From Armatimonadota bacterium (GTDB lineage: Bacteria; Bacillota; Desulfotomaculia; Desulfotomaculales; Nap2-2B), in assembly GCA_023511535.1 (NCBI GenBank), contig JAIMBK010000007.1, positions 3,866 to 67,865 of the forward strand: DNA of 64,000 bases, read 5' to 3'. Numbering within the stretch: position 1 is the stretch's first letter; every line of letters begins with the position of its first letter. The position numbers and the translations under genes are program-made. Below the pieces are notes generated by a model. The model made no database searches, was not told the DNA's origin, and was given only the letters and a program-made list of their open reading frames with translations. This document shows, piece after piece, positions 17,155 to 26,884 of the stretch.

Positions 17155-17955
17155 TCACCCAACCTGCTCTGCCAAAGGGAAAGGAACAACTGTCAGCATT
17201 TCCTTGCCTTCTCCGTTAAAGCTCAAGATCCTGGCCTTAATACCGAAAAAACTCCTTAAATTGTCTTCGGTAACCACTTCCTTTGTTCTGCCGACAAGGT
17301 GTCTCTTTCCCTTACCCAGCATTAGCGTTTGATCGGAAAGCCACAAAGCATGTTCAGGATAATGGGTATTAATAAGGCAAGAAATACCCCTTTCTTTGGC
17401 CAACTTTTCCAAAAGTCCCAGGACCAGCATCTGGTTTTTAAAATCCAGGTGGGATTCTGGTTCGTCCAGGACAAGGACGCGCGGTTCAGAAGCCAGGGCC
17501 CGGGCAATTAAGACAAGTTGCATTTCCCCGCCGCTAATTCTTGAACAGGGTTTGTCGGCCAGGTGAGAAGCCTCGACAACCTCCAGGGCCTTCCGGGCAA
17601 CGGCGACATCCCGGGCGGAAGGTACCCTAAAAAGACCCAGGTGGGGAGCTCTGCCCATCAGGACCATCTCCAGCACCGTATAAGGGAACACAACGCTGTG
17701 TCCTTGGGGAACATAACCAATCTTTTTCCAGACCTCGCCGTTCCTGCCATAATCAAGCGCTTGCCCGTCAATAATCGTTTGCCCTTTCCGCCACTTCAGG
17801 ATACCGGTCAGGCATTTAATCAAAGTTGTCTTGCCGGCTCCGTTCGGCCCCAGGATCGTTAAAATCTCGCCTGCCTCCAAAGAAAAGGATAGATTTTCAA
17901 AAAGGGCTTCGCCAGCTTTATAGCCAAACTCTCCCTCGCAAACTTCCAACCTCAT
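17155..17955 (-). CDS. Fe-chelate/cobalamin ABC transporter ATP-binding subunit
   Basis: GPNGAGKTT, ISGGEMQ signature, VLDEP, THYPEHA; ATG at 17955 overlaps the permease stop. Confidence 0.92.
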   Translation of the reverse strand: MRLEVCEGEFGYKAGEALFENLSFSLEAGEILTILGPNGAGKTTLIKCLTGILKWRKGQTIIDGQALDYGRNGEVWKKIGYVPQGHSVVFPYTVLEMVLMGRAPHLGLFRVPSARDVAVARKALEVVEASHLADKPCSRISGGEMQLVLIARALASEPRVLVLDEPESHLDFKNQMLVLGLLEKLAKERGISCLINTHYPEHALWLSDQTLMLGKGKRHLVGRTKEVVTEDNLRSFFGIKARILSFNGEGKEMLTVVPFPLAEQVG

Positions 17956-18977
17956 GTCCAACAACCTCCAGTTCTTTTTAGCAAGAAGACAAAGAAGGGG
18001 GCACCACTTATCCCCGTCAGAATACCCAGCGGGATTTCAGCGGCAGTCACCGTCCGGCCAATCAGGTCGATTAAAACCAGGAAAGTGGCTCCCAGCGAAA
18101 CAGTAGCCGGCAATAAGGCCTTATGGTCCGGTCCAACGATCATCCTGCCGAGATGGGGAATTACCAGACCCACCCAACCGATGATCCCGGTGACAGAAAC
18201 CGCCGCTGCGGTCACCACAGTTACCGCCCCGATAACCAGCCATTTTAACTGTTCAGTATTCACTCCCAGGGCACGGGCTTCCTCTTCGCCCAGGGATAAG
18301 ATATTGATCTTCCAGCGGACCAGAAGAAGGACAATTATCCCTCCCGTAATCGGTAATGCCACCAACCTTATATCTTCATAAGAGGTGCTGGCCAGGCTTC
18401 CCATCAACCAGTACGTGATTGCCGGCAGCTTGTCATAAGGATCGGCAATATACTTGACCAGGGAAATTAAAGCAGTAAACACCGCGGAGATCACTATGCC
18501 GGCCAGAACCAACAGCAAGCGCGAATCCCCGTGGCTGGCCCTGCTTAGCCCGTACGCTATAAAAACACTGGCGATCCCAAAAGGAACGGCAAAGAACTGG
18601 ACGAGGGCAGAGGGCCCGCCGAAGAGAATACAAAGGGTAGCGCCGAAAGCAGCTCCCGAAGTAACGCCAAGGATATCCGGGCTAACCAGGGGGTTTCGGA
18701 AAAGCCCCTGAAACGCGGCTCCCGAAACCCCCAGCCCCGCTCCTGCCAGCATGGCCAAAAGAACTCTCGGCAGTCTTTCCACAAGAATGACTGATTTTTC
18801 AATCGCCAGCGTCCCCGGCTGCACAGGAACGAGGGCGGAAAACAAAACCTTCACTACCTCGTTTGGCGTAATTGCATATCTTCCTACAAAAAGGGAAAGG
18901 ATCAAAGCCAAAAAAGGGGCTAAAAGAAGGAAAACCTTCCGCCACCCGCTACCGGGTTTATCTTCAGTTGTACTCAG
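17952..18977 (-). CDS. FecCD/BtuC family ABC permease
   Basis: RLPRVL, FRNPLVSPDILG, EEARALG, IGWVGLVIPH; start uncertain (CTG 18977 after AGGAGG, or ATG 19064). Confidence 0.92.
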   Translation of the reverse strand: MSTTEDKPGSGWRKVFLLLAPFLALILSLFVGRYAITPNEVVKVLFSALVPVQPGTLAIEKSVILVERLPRVLLAMLAGAGLGVSGAAFQGLFRNPLVSPDILGVTSGAAFGATLCILFGGPSALVQFFAVPFGIASVFIAYGLSRASHGDSRLLLVLAGIVISAVFTALISLVKYIADPYDKLPAITYWLMGSLASTSYEDIRLVALPITGGIIVLLLVRWKINILSLGEEEARALGVNTEQLKWLVIGAVTVVTAAAVSVTGIIGWVGLVIPHLGRMIVGPDHKALLPATVSLGATFLVLIDLIGRTVTAAEIPLGILTGISGAPFFVFLLKRTGGCWT

Positions 18978-18993
18978 GACGAACTTCCTCCTT

Positions 18994-20061
18994 TTATTCA
19001 ACAACGGGATGGACAATCTGGAAAGCTTTTTCCAGGGAAAGATCATAGCCATAAAAGGAAGCATAAAAATCTTTCAGCTCTTTCGCCACGGAATATTCAA
19101 CAAAAAGGTCCGGATGATGAAGTTTGGCCAGCCATTTTAACATCAAAGGCGATTCCACCGAAGGCGGGTCCCAGCGGTAGCCGGCCAGCGGGATCTTGTA
19201 AACGCGTTTATTTTTTACGGCACTGATCTGGCTCCAATCCTGCCCCTTGAGTTTGTTGCCGTAAAGATCTTCCGGTTGCAATTCGCAAAAGTTGCTGATA
19301 TAGATGATTTCCGGGTTCCAGGCCAGGATCTGTTCCATATTTGCATTCCCCCAGCCGGAAATACTTTCGGCTACGTTGCGGGCGCCGGTGGTTTCTATCC
19401 AAAAATGGTTGTATGTCCCTTTACCCGCAGTACGCAACTGTTCGTTATAAAGGTACAGGACGCGGGGCCTTTTTTCTGGGGAGATGCCGGCGGTTTTCGC
19501 TTTGATATATTCGATCGTCCGGTGATGGTAAGCGATTATTTGAGCAGCACGCTCTTGTTTGCCGAGAACGTCGCCGATAATCTCAAGCCAGCCTTCGAGA
19601 TCCTCCTGGGTACCGTAACGGATAGCTATTACCGGTATTCCCGCCTTCTCAATTTTTTCAATCTCTTCTTTCTGATGGTCCCATTGGAAGACCACGTCGG
19701 GCTGGAGTTTAAGAAGCTCTTCCAGGTTAACGGTAAATTCTTGCTTGACAAAAGAAGTGGGGATATCTTTTAATTCAAGCGCCAGGGTACCCAGCAAACT
19801 CTTTTCCACGGCAGCCCTCGCCGTTGGGTGCATACCGACGACTTTTTCGCCGCCGCCGTCCAGAGCATAAATTATCGACGGCAGCGGCATGGGCAAAACT
19901 ACTATTCTGTCAACCCGCGCCGGGATTTCTACCGTTCTGCCCAGCTGGTCCACTATTGTTCTGGTTTGAGCCGCCGGTTTCGTTTCAAAGCGGCATCCTG
20001 CCAACATACCAGCTAGATACAATATTAATATCATTATTGGTAATATTTTCTTGACAAACAT
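18994..20061 (-). CDS. Fe-chelate/cobalamin-type substrate-binding lipoprotein
   Basis: Lipobox LAGC; TIVDQLGRTVEIP..V.RIV, NLEELLKLQPDVV, EQILAWNPEII, AVKNKRVY. Confidence 0.92.
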   Translation of the reverse strand: MFVKKILPIMILILYLAGMLAGCRFETKPAAQTRTIVDQLGRTVEIPARVDRIVVLPMPLPSIIYALDGGGEKVVGMHPTARAAVEKSLLGTLALELKDIPTSFVKQEFTVNLEELLKLQPDVVFQWDHQKEEIEKIEKAGIPVIAIRYGTQEDLEGWLEIIGDVLGKQERAAQIIAYHHRTIEYIKAKTAGISPEKRPRVLYLYNEQLRTAGKGTYNHFWIETTGARNVAESISGWGNANMEQILAWNPEIIYISNFCELQPEDLYGNKLKGQDWSQISAVKNKRVYKIPLAGYRWDPPSVESPLMLKWLAKLHHPDLFVEYSVAKELKDFYASFYGYDLSLEKAFQIVHPVVE

Positions 20062-20215
20062 TTTATTTCCCCCTATCAGGAAGTCGATGGCACCGCGGAT
20101 TAGCCGACAAAAAAGATTACTGTTTCTATAAAAATCCCCTTCCCAAAAATACAGGGCCCGCCGCGGCAGGTCTTCCGCTGCCTGCCGCGGGGTACGTCCA
20201 AGAATTATCTCCTGG

Positions 20216-20491
20216 CTAAAGTTTAAGTTTCTGGCAAATCTGGGGCCAGGAACGCTTCGCGTAGACCACCGGGATATTTTTCTTGCCGGCCTGTTCTTTA
20301 ATCATCGCAGCGATGGGATGACTGACGTAGTCCGTTAAGACAATGACCAGGCCGGTCTTCTCCGGAATGCTTAACTTACCCGGAGCAATCTTTTTCCGCC
20401 CCCGGAAATGGTAAACCGGATCAAACCCCAGTAAAGAGAGGTTGTGGGGGATTCTTCCCAGCCGGTCGCCACCAACAATGAATACGCCCAT
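20216..20491 (-). CDS. DUF2325 family protein
   Basis: IVGGDRLGRI...IVLTDYVSH...IKEQAGKKNIPVVYAKRSW. Confidence 0.85.
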   Translation of the reverse strand: MGVFIVGGDRLGRIPHNLSLLGFDPVYHFRGRKKIAPGKLSIPEKTGLVIVLTDYVSHPIAAMIKEQAGKKNIPVVYAKRSWPQICQKLKL

Positions 20492-20698
20492 AACCTATCC
20501 CCTTCGTCATTCCCGGCCCCAGTTTTTGAGAAAATCAAGTCCTTTGGTGGCCCATAACAAGTAGACAATTTTGTCTCCTTGCAGTCGATAGTTGATCAGC
20601 CACGGACCCTTTCGCAAGGACTTAACGAAGACCCCTTTCGGCTCCTCATCAAGAATGCGCACCTTTTTCACTTTTTCCCCCTTTGCCGTCTTTTCAGT

Positions 20699-23671
20699 CT
20701 ACCTGTTTCTTACCGCGTCCAGCAGCCGGAGGATCATCGCCGCCGCTTCCGCCCGCGTCATGGGTGTCTTTGCCCGGAAAGTGCCGTCGGGATAGCCGGC
20801 GACAATTCCCCTCGCCACGGCAGCGCCTACGCTTGCCCGCGCCCAGTCCGGGATGTTACCGGTGTCGGTGAACCCGAGCTCTGCCGGCGTTACGGTACCG
20901 ATCTTCTTTTCCAGGATCCTTGCGCCGAGTGCGGCCATCTCCACCCGGGAAACCGGGCGATCAGCCTCAAAGGTAACCGTGCCGTCCGGCTGCGGGCAGC
21001 CCCTGACCAGCCCTTCTTTCGCCGCAGCCGCGACCGCTCCCCTGGCCCAGTCCGGGATCGAAGCATTATCTTTAAATTTCGGGTCCGGCGCGGTGCCTGC
21101 AGGGAGCTTCAGAGCACGGACCAGTATAGTGGTAACTTCAACCCGGCTGATCTCGTTGTCGGGCCTGAAAGTGCCGTCCGCGTAGCCGGAGATGACCCCC
21201 ATCCCGGCCAACCTACCCACGGTCTCCTCCGCCCAGTGGCCGGCCATGTCCTTGAAGGTGACCGATTCGGGCTTGGGCGCCTCCTTCGGTACGGCGAAGA
21301 CGGCAAAGAGCGTCAGGTGGTCGACCGTCACCGTTACGGTTCCCTTCTCGAGGTCAACGGTCCCCTCGCGGCGGACCCACCGGCCGTCCTTTTCGTCGCA
21401 GGAGAAGGCGGCCGGTTCCTGGTCCCCGGCGATCTTGCTCTTGTCGAAGGAGAGGGTGATGGTTATCTTGCCGGTCAGGGTGCCGTCCTTGAGGGTGACG
21501 TCCACGACCCTGCCGAGCAGGGGCATCCCCGCGCCCGCAGCCTTTTCGCTACCCACGACCGCAGCCTTGATCACGGCGTTCGCGCCGCTCACGGCCCCGG
21601 CCGGCACCTCGACCTTCACCTTACCGGGCACTTCGGCCTCGGTGGTCGCTCCCGCCTGCACGGGCTTTTCGACCCTCTCCGCGGACGGCGCCGGCGCTCC
21701 GCCGCCTCCGCCGCCATCACCGCCTCCGCCGTCGCCGTTACCGCTGTCGCCTTTCGTATACGTGCGGACGCTAAAGATTTCGTCGGTGGGCTTAAACAAC
21801 AGCGACCAGGTCACCTGCTCCTTTAGTTCCTTCAGCCGCGCCTTCTCTTCGGGTGTCGCCGTGCCATTTTTCACCTTATCCCGCAGGGCGAAGAAGTCCT
21901 CCGGAAAGATTTGGGACTTGCCCTTGATAACTAACGTCCGGGAGGTGTCTTTATCGGTCACCGCGTAGTAGAAGTCGCCGGCTTTGGGCGGTTCGCTCCC
22001 CTGAAGAATATAGTTCCCCTCACCGGCCACCAACTCCAGGGCTTCGCTGGTGCATTTCGTTACCCAGCCGGTGACCACTGTGAACTCGCCCCGCCGGGGC
22101 GCTCTTTCTCCGTAGAGAGTGGCAAAAGCCTCGCTAAGCGCCCGGAAGGCGAACGAACCGCACAGACAAAGCGTATCAGGCTCTACCGCGAGGTCCGCGT
22201 AGGAAAACTTCAGCGGCGCGCCGTCTGGGCCAGAAATGCTGAGCGGGGAGACCTTTTTCCAGGTGAAAAGGGCTTCCGCCGGCCGGGTAAGGAGGTTTTT
22301 GAGTAACAGGTCGAGCCGCGCCTTCAAGGCCGCCTGTTCCTCTTCAGAGGCCCGGCCGTTTACCACCCTGTTGCGCAGATCAAAGAAATCTTCGCCGCCG
22401 AAGGTGTCCGGCTTGACGTGTACCCACACCATCTCGCCGGTGGCTTTGTTGGCGAAAATGAAGGTAGGGCTCACCGGAGTGATCTTTCTCCAGTTGCCCA
22501 GGTACTTGACGTCAGCCGGGCCGGCCAGGTAGTCGAAGACCGGCTTGCTGCCGGCCTCGGGCGGCAGCAGGCTGAACACCAGCAGGTCATCCTCCGCCGC
22601 CGCCGGACGGTCCGGCCACAGGGCGGGCAGAGCCACGCCGGCCAGGCGGAAGGCCAGCACGGAGCAGGGGTACCCCTTGCCGGCGGCCCGGGCGATTTCC
22701 TGGCATCCGTCCAGAGTTAATTCCGTCGTTACCCCGTCCCTGCTCACCTCCGGCCGCGGCCAGAGTTCGGCGGCCGCCCGCCACTCCACAATACGGTTGG
22801 CGGAAGATTTTTGAAAGGTGATGAGCGCCCGCCGGCCGTTTTCCGGATACCGGTACGCGTCGTTCGGAAATTCCTTGAGAATTCCCGGAATCGTGCGCCC
22901 GGTGAAGTGACCCTCGCTGACCATCACCGGAACCACCAGGGCGGTGGCCCCGTCGGTATAGACGGCTTCGTAAACGGCCTCCCGCAGAGAAGGGGTCAGA
23001 CCTTCAAAAAGGAAGCCGTACTTTATATCTTTCAGCCTGTTGCTTCCCAGCCGTTCCTGGATCTGGCTTCCAAGGGAACGCAGGTTATCCACCCACCCGG
23101 CCTGGCCTTCGGCGGAGTCGCTGCCGTGCGCGGCCAGGACCCCTATTTCGCTGCCGGCGTCTTCAACCAGCAGCCCAATCTGTTCGGCAAGCACTTCGGC
23201 CAGCAAGGGGTGGTCGTCGACGGCCGGCGTTAAAACCACTTCCCCTTGCGGTCTGGCCCTTTCCAGGGGCTCTCCGTGCTCTCCGCCCGGCAAGTCCTCC
23301 CTTAAACCCAGGATGTATTTGATCTCCTCGATGTGATTGGAGTAACTGGCGATGAACAGCGGCACGGCCACAATTTTGTTGACCCCCGCCGCATTAAGTT
23401 GTTCCACCGCGGCCGGAATACCCGGCTCTACTTCTTCCAAAAACCCGAGGGCTACCGGATAAGGAAAGTTGTCCCTCAATTCGTAAGCCGCTTCCCACAC
23501 GGGCGTGGTCCAGGTGGGGTCATTCGTCCCGTGGACGACGATCAGTACACCGGGCTTTACCTCTTCGCCTGCCCAAGCAACCCCGTGGGGCGCCAGAGAC
23601 AACAGGGAAAGGAGAAGAACCAGGAAAAGCAGGCCGGTAAGCCGCCTCTTTGCTACCTTGGGTTTCCACAT
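20699..23671 (-). CDS. Secreted S-layer-anchored protein: CbiX/SirB chelatase domain, two FmdE-like domains, Gly linker, three SLH domains
   Basis: Signal peptide AWA|G; VHG...GFLE...VPLFIASYSNH and AAHGS...PVMVSEGH; two C/A-FR-A...FF.LR..V.NG.A repeats; GYADGTFRPDNEISR and GYPDGTFRA SLH repeats. Confidence 0.85.
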   Translation of the reverse strand: MWKPKVAKRRLTGLLFLVLLLSLLSLAPHGVAWAGEEVKPGVLIVVHGTNDPTWTTPVWEAAYELRDNFPYPVALGFLEEVEPGIPAAVEQLNAAGVNKIVAVPLFIASYSNHIEEIKYILGLREDLPGGEHGEPLERARPQGEVVLTPAVDDHPLLAEVLAEQIGLLVEDAGSEIGVLAAHGSDSAEGQAGWVDNLRSLGSQIQERLGSNRLKDIKYGFLFEGLTPSLREAVYEAVYTDGATALVVPVMVSEGHFTGRTIPGILKEFPNDAYRYPENGRRALITFQKSSANRIVEWRAAAELWPRPEVSRDGVTTELTLDGCQEIARAAGKGYPCSVLAFRLAGVALPALWPDRPAAAEDDLLVFSLLPPEAGSKPVFDYLAGPADVKYLGNWRKITPVSPTFIFANKATGEMVWVHVKPDTFGGEDFFDLRNRVVNGRASEEEQAALKARLDLLLKNLLTRPAEALFTWKKVSPLSISGPDGAPLKFSYADLAVEPDTLCLCGSFAFRALSEAFATLYGERAPRRGEFTVVTGWVTKCTSEALELVAGEGNYILQGSEPPKAGDFYYAVTDKDTSRTLVIKGKSQIFPEDFFALRDKVKNGTATPEEKARLKELKEQVTWSLLFKPTDEIFSVRTYTKGDSGNGDGGGGDGGGGGGAPAPSAERVEKPVQAGATTEAEVPGKVKVEVPAGAVSGANAVIKAAVVGSEKAAGAGMPLLGRVVDVTLKDGTLTGKITITLSFDKSKIAGDQEPAAFSCDEKDGRWVRREGTVDLEKGTVTVTVDHLTLFAVFAVPKEAPKPESVTFKDMAGHWAEETVGRLAGMGVISGYADGTFRPDNEISRVEVTTILVRALKLPAGTAPDPKFKDNASIPDWARGAVAAAAKEGLVRGCPQPDGTVTFEADRPVSRVEMAALGARILEKKIGTVTPAELGFTDTGNIPDWARASVGAAVARGIVAGYPDGTFRAKTPMTRAEAAAMILRLLDAVRNR

Positions 23672-23791
23672 AACTCAATTCCTCCTTGCAGTCAGGATTT
23701 TGAGGGGAGGGGCCTGGCGGGGGCTGCCGGACGGCAGCCTCCGCCAGGTTTCGGAGGTGTGTTTACTGCTCTCACCACAGGAATGGGTCCT

Positions 23792-23893
23792 TTATCGCGG
23801 CGTCTTCTCCGCACCCGCCGTGTTCTCCGGCGGGGGGCTCCTCGGTTGCCGGGTCAAGAGCCGGAGCAAGCCGCTCAGCCTTACCGCATCCAT
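23792..23893 (-). CDS. Possible 33-aa small ORF between the Fur box and the chelatase gene
   Basis: AAAGGGGGTG RBS then ATG; MDAVRLSGLLRLLTRQPRSPPPENTAGAEKTPR; no recognisable family. Confidence 0.3.
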   Translation of the reverse strand: MDAVRLSGLLRLLTRQPRSPPPENTAGAEKTPR

Positions 23894-23928
23894 TTGCACC
23901 CCCTTTCCAAATTCTTCTTTCCGCCATA

Positions 23929-23947
23929 GAGAATGAATATCGTTCTC
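23929..23947. promoter_or_regulatory. Fur-type box upstream of the chelatase-SLH gene
   Basis: GAGAATGAATATCGTTCTC (14/19 to consensus, palindromic). Confidence 0.65.
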
Positions 23948-24044
23948 AACGGCTGGCTTTTGAAAATCCCGGCTTTCCCGCTAACCGGCCAAGCCGGGAT
24001 AAACGCGCGCCAACGGGATAAACGCGCGCGGGGGAACCAGTTTT

Positions 24045-26117
24045 TTAGCCCAGCCCCAGCAAACGCCCGCCCTGGTAAATGAGCACGGCCACCACCCAGC
24101 CCAGCGCCAGGCTGTAGCCGATGGCAAAGGCCGTCCATTTCCAGGAGTTGGTTTCTCTTTTGATGGCGCCGATGGTTGCCGCGCAGGGGATGTAAATCAG
24201 GCACATGGCCATAAAGGCGTAGGCCGAAAGCGGGGTCCACTGCTGCCCGATAATTTGGGCCAGGCCTTCTCCTTCCTCCCCGACGCCGTAAATCACCCCT
24301 AAAGTGCCCACCACCACTTCTTTGGCCAGCAGGCCGAAGATCAGGGCAGCGGCGGCTTCCCAGGTACCGAAGCCGGCGGGGACAAAGACGGGGGCGAGAG
24401 CACTGCCCAGGCGGCCGATCAGGCTTTCCCGGGCGGCGTACTCCACGCCCCAGGGGAGCACGGAAAGAACCCAGATCAGGACCACCACGCCGAAAATGAT
24501 TGTCCCTGCTTTGCGGATGAAGGCGCTCCCCCGCTCCCACACGTGGATGAGCGTGCCTTTTAAGGTGGGCAGACGGTAAGGGGGGAGTTCCATGACAAAG
24601 GGAGCGCTTTCCCCTTTAAACAGGAAAGTTTTAAACAGCTTCCCCATGACGACGGCCAGGACGATGCCCAAAAGGTAAAGGGAGAAAATCACCCACCCCT
24701 GGCGGGCGCTGAAAAACGCCCCGGCAAAAAGGACGTAAACGGGCAGCCGGGCCGCGCAAGACATCAAGGGGTTGATTAAAATGGTAATCAGCCGGTCCTG
24801 CCGGTTTTCCAGGGTGCGCGTGGCCATAATGGCCGGCACGTTGCAGCCGAAGCCGATTAACATGGGTAAAAAGGACTTGCCGTGCAGGCCCAGGGCGTGC
24901 ATGAAACGGTCCATAATGTAGGCCGCCCGGGCCATGTAGCCGCTATCCTCCAGGAAAGAGATGGCCAGAAAGAGGAGAAAAATAAGGGGGATAAAAACGA
25001 GCACCGAGCCAACGCCGCCGATGATGCCGTCCACGGCCAGGGAAACGGTCCATTCCGGAGCGCCGGCGGCGCCGAGCGCCCCTTCGGTCACGCCGCCCAG
25101 CCACGCGAAGAAGGACTCGATCCAGCCTACCAGGGGATCGCCCAGCTTAAAGGTGAACTGGAAGACCGCCCACATAGCCAGCAAAAAGATGGGCAGGCCC
25201 AGGAAACGGTTGGTCACCACGCGGTCAATCCGGTCGGAAAGGGAAAGCCGCTGTTCCACGGTCTTCTTTCTGCTCACCGTCTGTTTGACGATCCCGCCGA
25301 TGAAACCGTAGCGCCGTTCGGCGAAAAGGTTTTCGGCCTCTTCCCCGGCAATCTCCCGCAGGCGCCGGAGGCTCTTTTCCCGTCTGGCCAGCAAATCACC
25401 CACGTCGGGCGTCTTGCGGATTTCTTGCAGGAGGTGGTCGTCTTCTTCCAGCAGCTTAACCGCCAGCCAGCGCAGGGAATAGCGGTCCATCAACCGGGCG
25501 TGGGAGGCGATTACCGTCCCCAGGCTGCCGATTTCTGCTTCCACTTCCCGGCCGTAGTCAATTTTCAGCGCTTCCCGGGGCCCGGCGCCGGCCGCCGCCA
25601 GCGCCTGCCTGATGAGCTCCGGCACGCCTTTGTTTTTGGTCGCCACCGTGGGCACCACCGGCACGCCTAAAAGCCCCGCCAGTTTTTCCCGGTCAACGGT
25701 AATCTGGCGGGCCTGGGCCTCGTCCATCATGTTCAGGGCCACCACCACGCGGGCGCCCATTTCCAGCAGCTGGACGGTTAAATAAAGGTTGCGCTCGAGA
25801 TTGGAAGCGTCCACCACGTTGATGATGACATCGGGTTTTTCGTGCAAAATAAAATTGCGGGCGATGATTTCGTCTTCCGAGTAAGCCCCCAGACTGTACG
25901 TGCCGGGCAGATCAACCACCCGGCAAGTCTTGCCCGCGGAAAGAAGCCGCCCTTCTTTTTTCTCCACCGTCACGCCCGGCCAGTTTCCCACGTGCTGCCG
26001 CGCCCCGGTCAGGCTGTTAAAAATCGTTGTTTTCCCGGAATTGGGGTTGCCCGCCAGAGCAATTACAATTTCCTTGGCGGGCGTCTTCTGCACCGCTAAT
26101 TCACTGGCTGCTTCCAT
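24045..26117 (-). CDS. feoB: Ferrous iron transporter FeoB
   Basis: [50 protein letters not shown]; ATG 26117 after GGAGG. Confidence 0.97.
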   Translation of the reverse strand: MEAASELAVQKTPAKEIVIALAGNPNSGKTTIFNSLTGARQHVGNWPGVTVEKKEGRLLSAGKTCRVVDLPGTYSLGAYSEDEIIARNFILHEKPDVIINVVDASNLERNLYLTVQLLEMGARVVVALNMMDEAQARQITVDREKLAGLLGVPVVPTVATKNKGVPELIRQALAAAGAGPREALKIDYGREVEAEIGSLGTVIASHARLMDRYSLRWLAVKLLEEDDHLLQEIRKTPDVGDLLARREKSLRRLREIAGEEAENLFAERRYGFIGGIVKQTVSRKKTVEQRLSLSDRIDRVVTNRFLGLPIFLLAMWAVFQFTFKLGDPLVGWIESFFAWLGGVTEGALGAAGAPEWTVSLAVDGIIGGVGSVLVFIPLIFLLFLAISFLEDSGYMARAAYIMDRFMHALGLHGKSFLPMLIGFGCNVPAIMATRTLENRQDRLITILINPLMSCAARLPVYVLFAGAFFSARQGWVIFSLYLLGIVLAVVMGKLFKTFLFKGESAPFVMELPPYRLPTLKGTLIHVWERGSAFIRKAGTIIFGVVVLIWVLSVLPWGVEYAARESLIGRLGSALAPVFVPAGFGTWEAAAALIFGLLAKEVVVGTLGVIYGVGEEGEGLAQIIGQQWTPLSAYAFMAMCLIYIPCAATIGAIKRETNSWKWTAFAIGYSLALGWVVAVLIYQGGRLLGLG

Positions 26118-26139
26118 GTACTTACCCTCCATTTCGAAA

Positions 26140-26158
26140 GAACATGAGAATCATTTTC
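26140..26158. promoter_or_regulatory. Fur-type box between feoA and feoB
   Basis: GAACATGAGAATCATTTTC (15/19). Confidence 0.65.
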
Positions 26159-26189
26159 ATTGTCTGGGCAAAAAATAAATGAAAATCTT

Positions 26190-26408
26190 TTATTCCACCA
26201 GCACTTTTTGGGCCATGCCGCGCCCCAAGGCCAGGCGTGTCTCCCCCAGGGCGACAATCACCGGGCCGCAGGCGTTATTCTGGATCATGCGCAGCGCCTT
26301 TCCTTTCGTCACGCCCATGCCCCTTAGCCTCTCCCTGATCCCAATCCCGCCGGCAACTTCTTTAATTACTCCTGCTTCGCCGGGGGCCAGAAAACCTAAA
26401 GGCTTCAA
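26190..26408 (-). CDS. feoA: FeoA family protein
   Basis: RERLRGMG...GPVIV...RLALGRGMAQKVLV. Confidence 0.92.
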   Translation of the reverse strand: MKPLGFLAPGEAGVIKEVAGGIGIRERLRGMGVTKGKALRMIQNNACGPVIVALGETRLALGRGMAQKVLVE

Positions 26409-26455
26409 AGCTTTTCCCCCTCCTTGGGTTGCGCCAGTTCAATAAAAAGATAACG

Positions 26456-26695
26456 CTATCCAACTGTAACAAAAATACCGTTTGCCTCCTCCCGGCGCAA
26501 ACTCAACCGGTAACCCTTCAGCGCAATCTCCATCGGGTCGCCCAGCGGAGCTTTGCCTTTGACCTCAAATTCAACCCCCGGCACCAGCCCCATCTCCAAA
26601 ACACGGCGGCGCAAGTTACCTTGAAGATTGATTCTGACCACTGTCCCCCGCTCGCCGGGCTTTAAACTGCCGAGCACATTTGGGTTCACTGACAA
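26456..26695 (-). CDS. feoA: FeoA family protein
   Basis: RRRVLEMGLVPG...APLGDPMEI...LSLRREEA. Confidence 0.93.
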   Translation of the reverse strand: MSVNPNVLGSLKPGERGTVVRINLQGNLRRRVLEMGLVPGVEFEVKGKAPLGDPMEIALKGYRLSLRREEANGIFVTVG

Positions 26696-26714
26696 ACCAC
26701 CTCCTCCGTTAAAT

Positions 26715-26800
26715 GAAATTGAGAATAATTCTCAACGGCTTTTTACAAGCATGCAATTGATTCTCGTTTTCAACCTATCACAATTCAAAACGTTTGTCAA
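26715..26800 (-). promoter_or_regulatory. feo promoter with two Fur-type boxes
   Basis: TTGACA (26800-26795)-N17-TAGGTT with TG extension; Fur-like 19-mers at 26753-26771 and 26715-26733. Confidence 0.7.
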
Positions 26801-26821
26801 CCAGTTTTAAAAAATTCTTTA

Positions 26822-26858
26822 GCTGGTTATTGACATTTGTTCATAACCAGCATAAAAT
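26822..26858 (+). promoter_or_regulatory. Sigma-A promoter with an overlapping palindromic operator
   Basis: TTGACA 26830-N17-TAAAAT 26853; palindrome GCTGGTTAT...ATAACCAGC. Confidence 0.75.
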
Positions 26859-26884
26859 GATAATGAGGTTCTTTATCAGAAAGG

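Noticed and set aside
20062-20700. Cobalamin riboswitch upstream of the BtuF/FecB-like transporter
   Set aside because: No B12-box or other cobalamin-riboswitch core motifs recognisable; only a simple hairpin at about 20157-20192
23995-24029. 16-bp direct repeat cgggataaacgcgcgc (x2) after feoB
   Set aside because: Only two copies with a 3-nt spacer; most simply a local duplication, not an array
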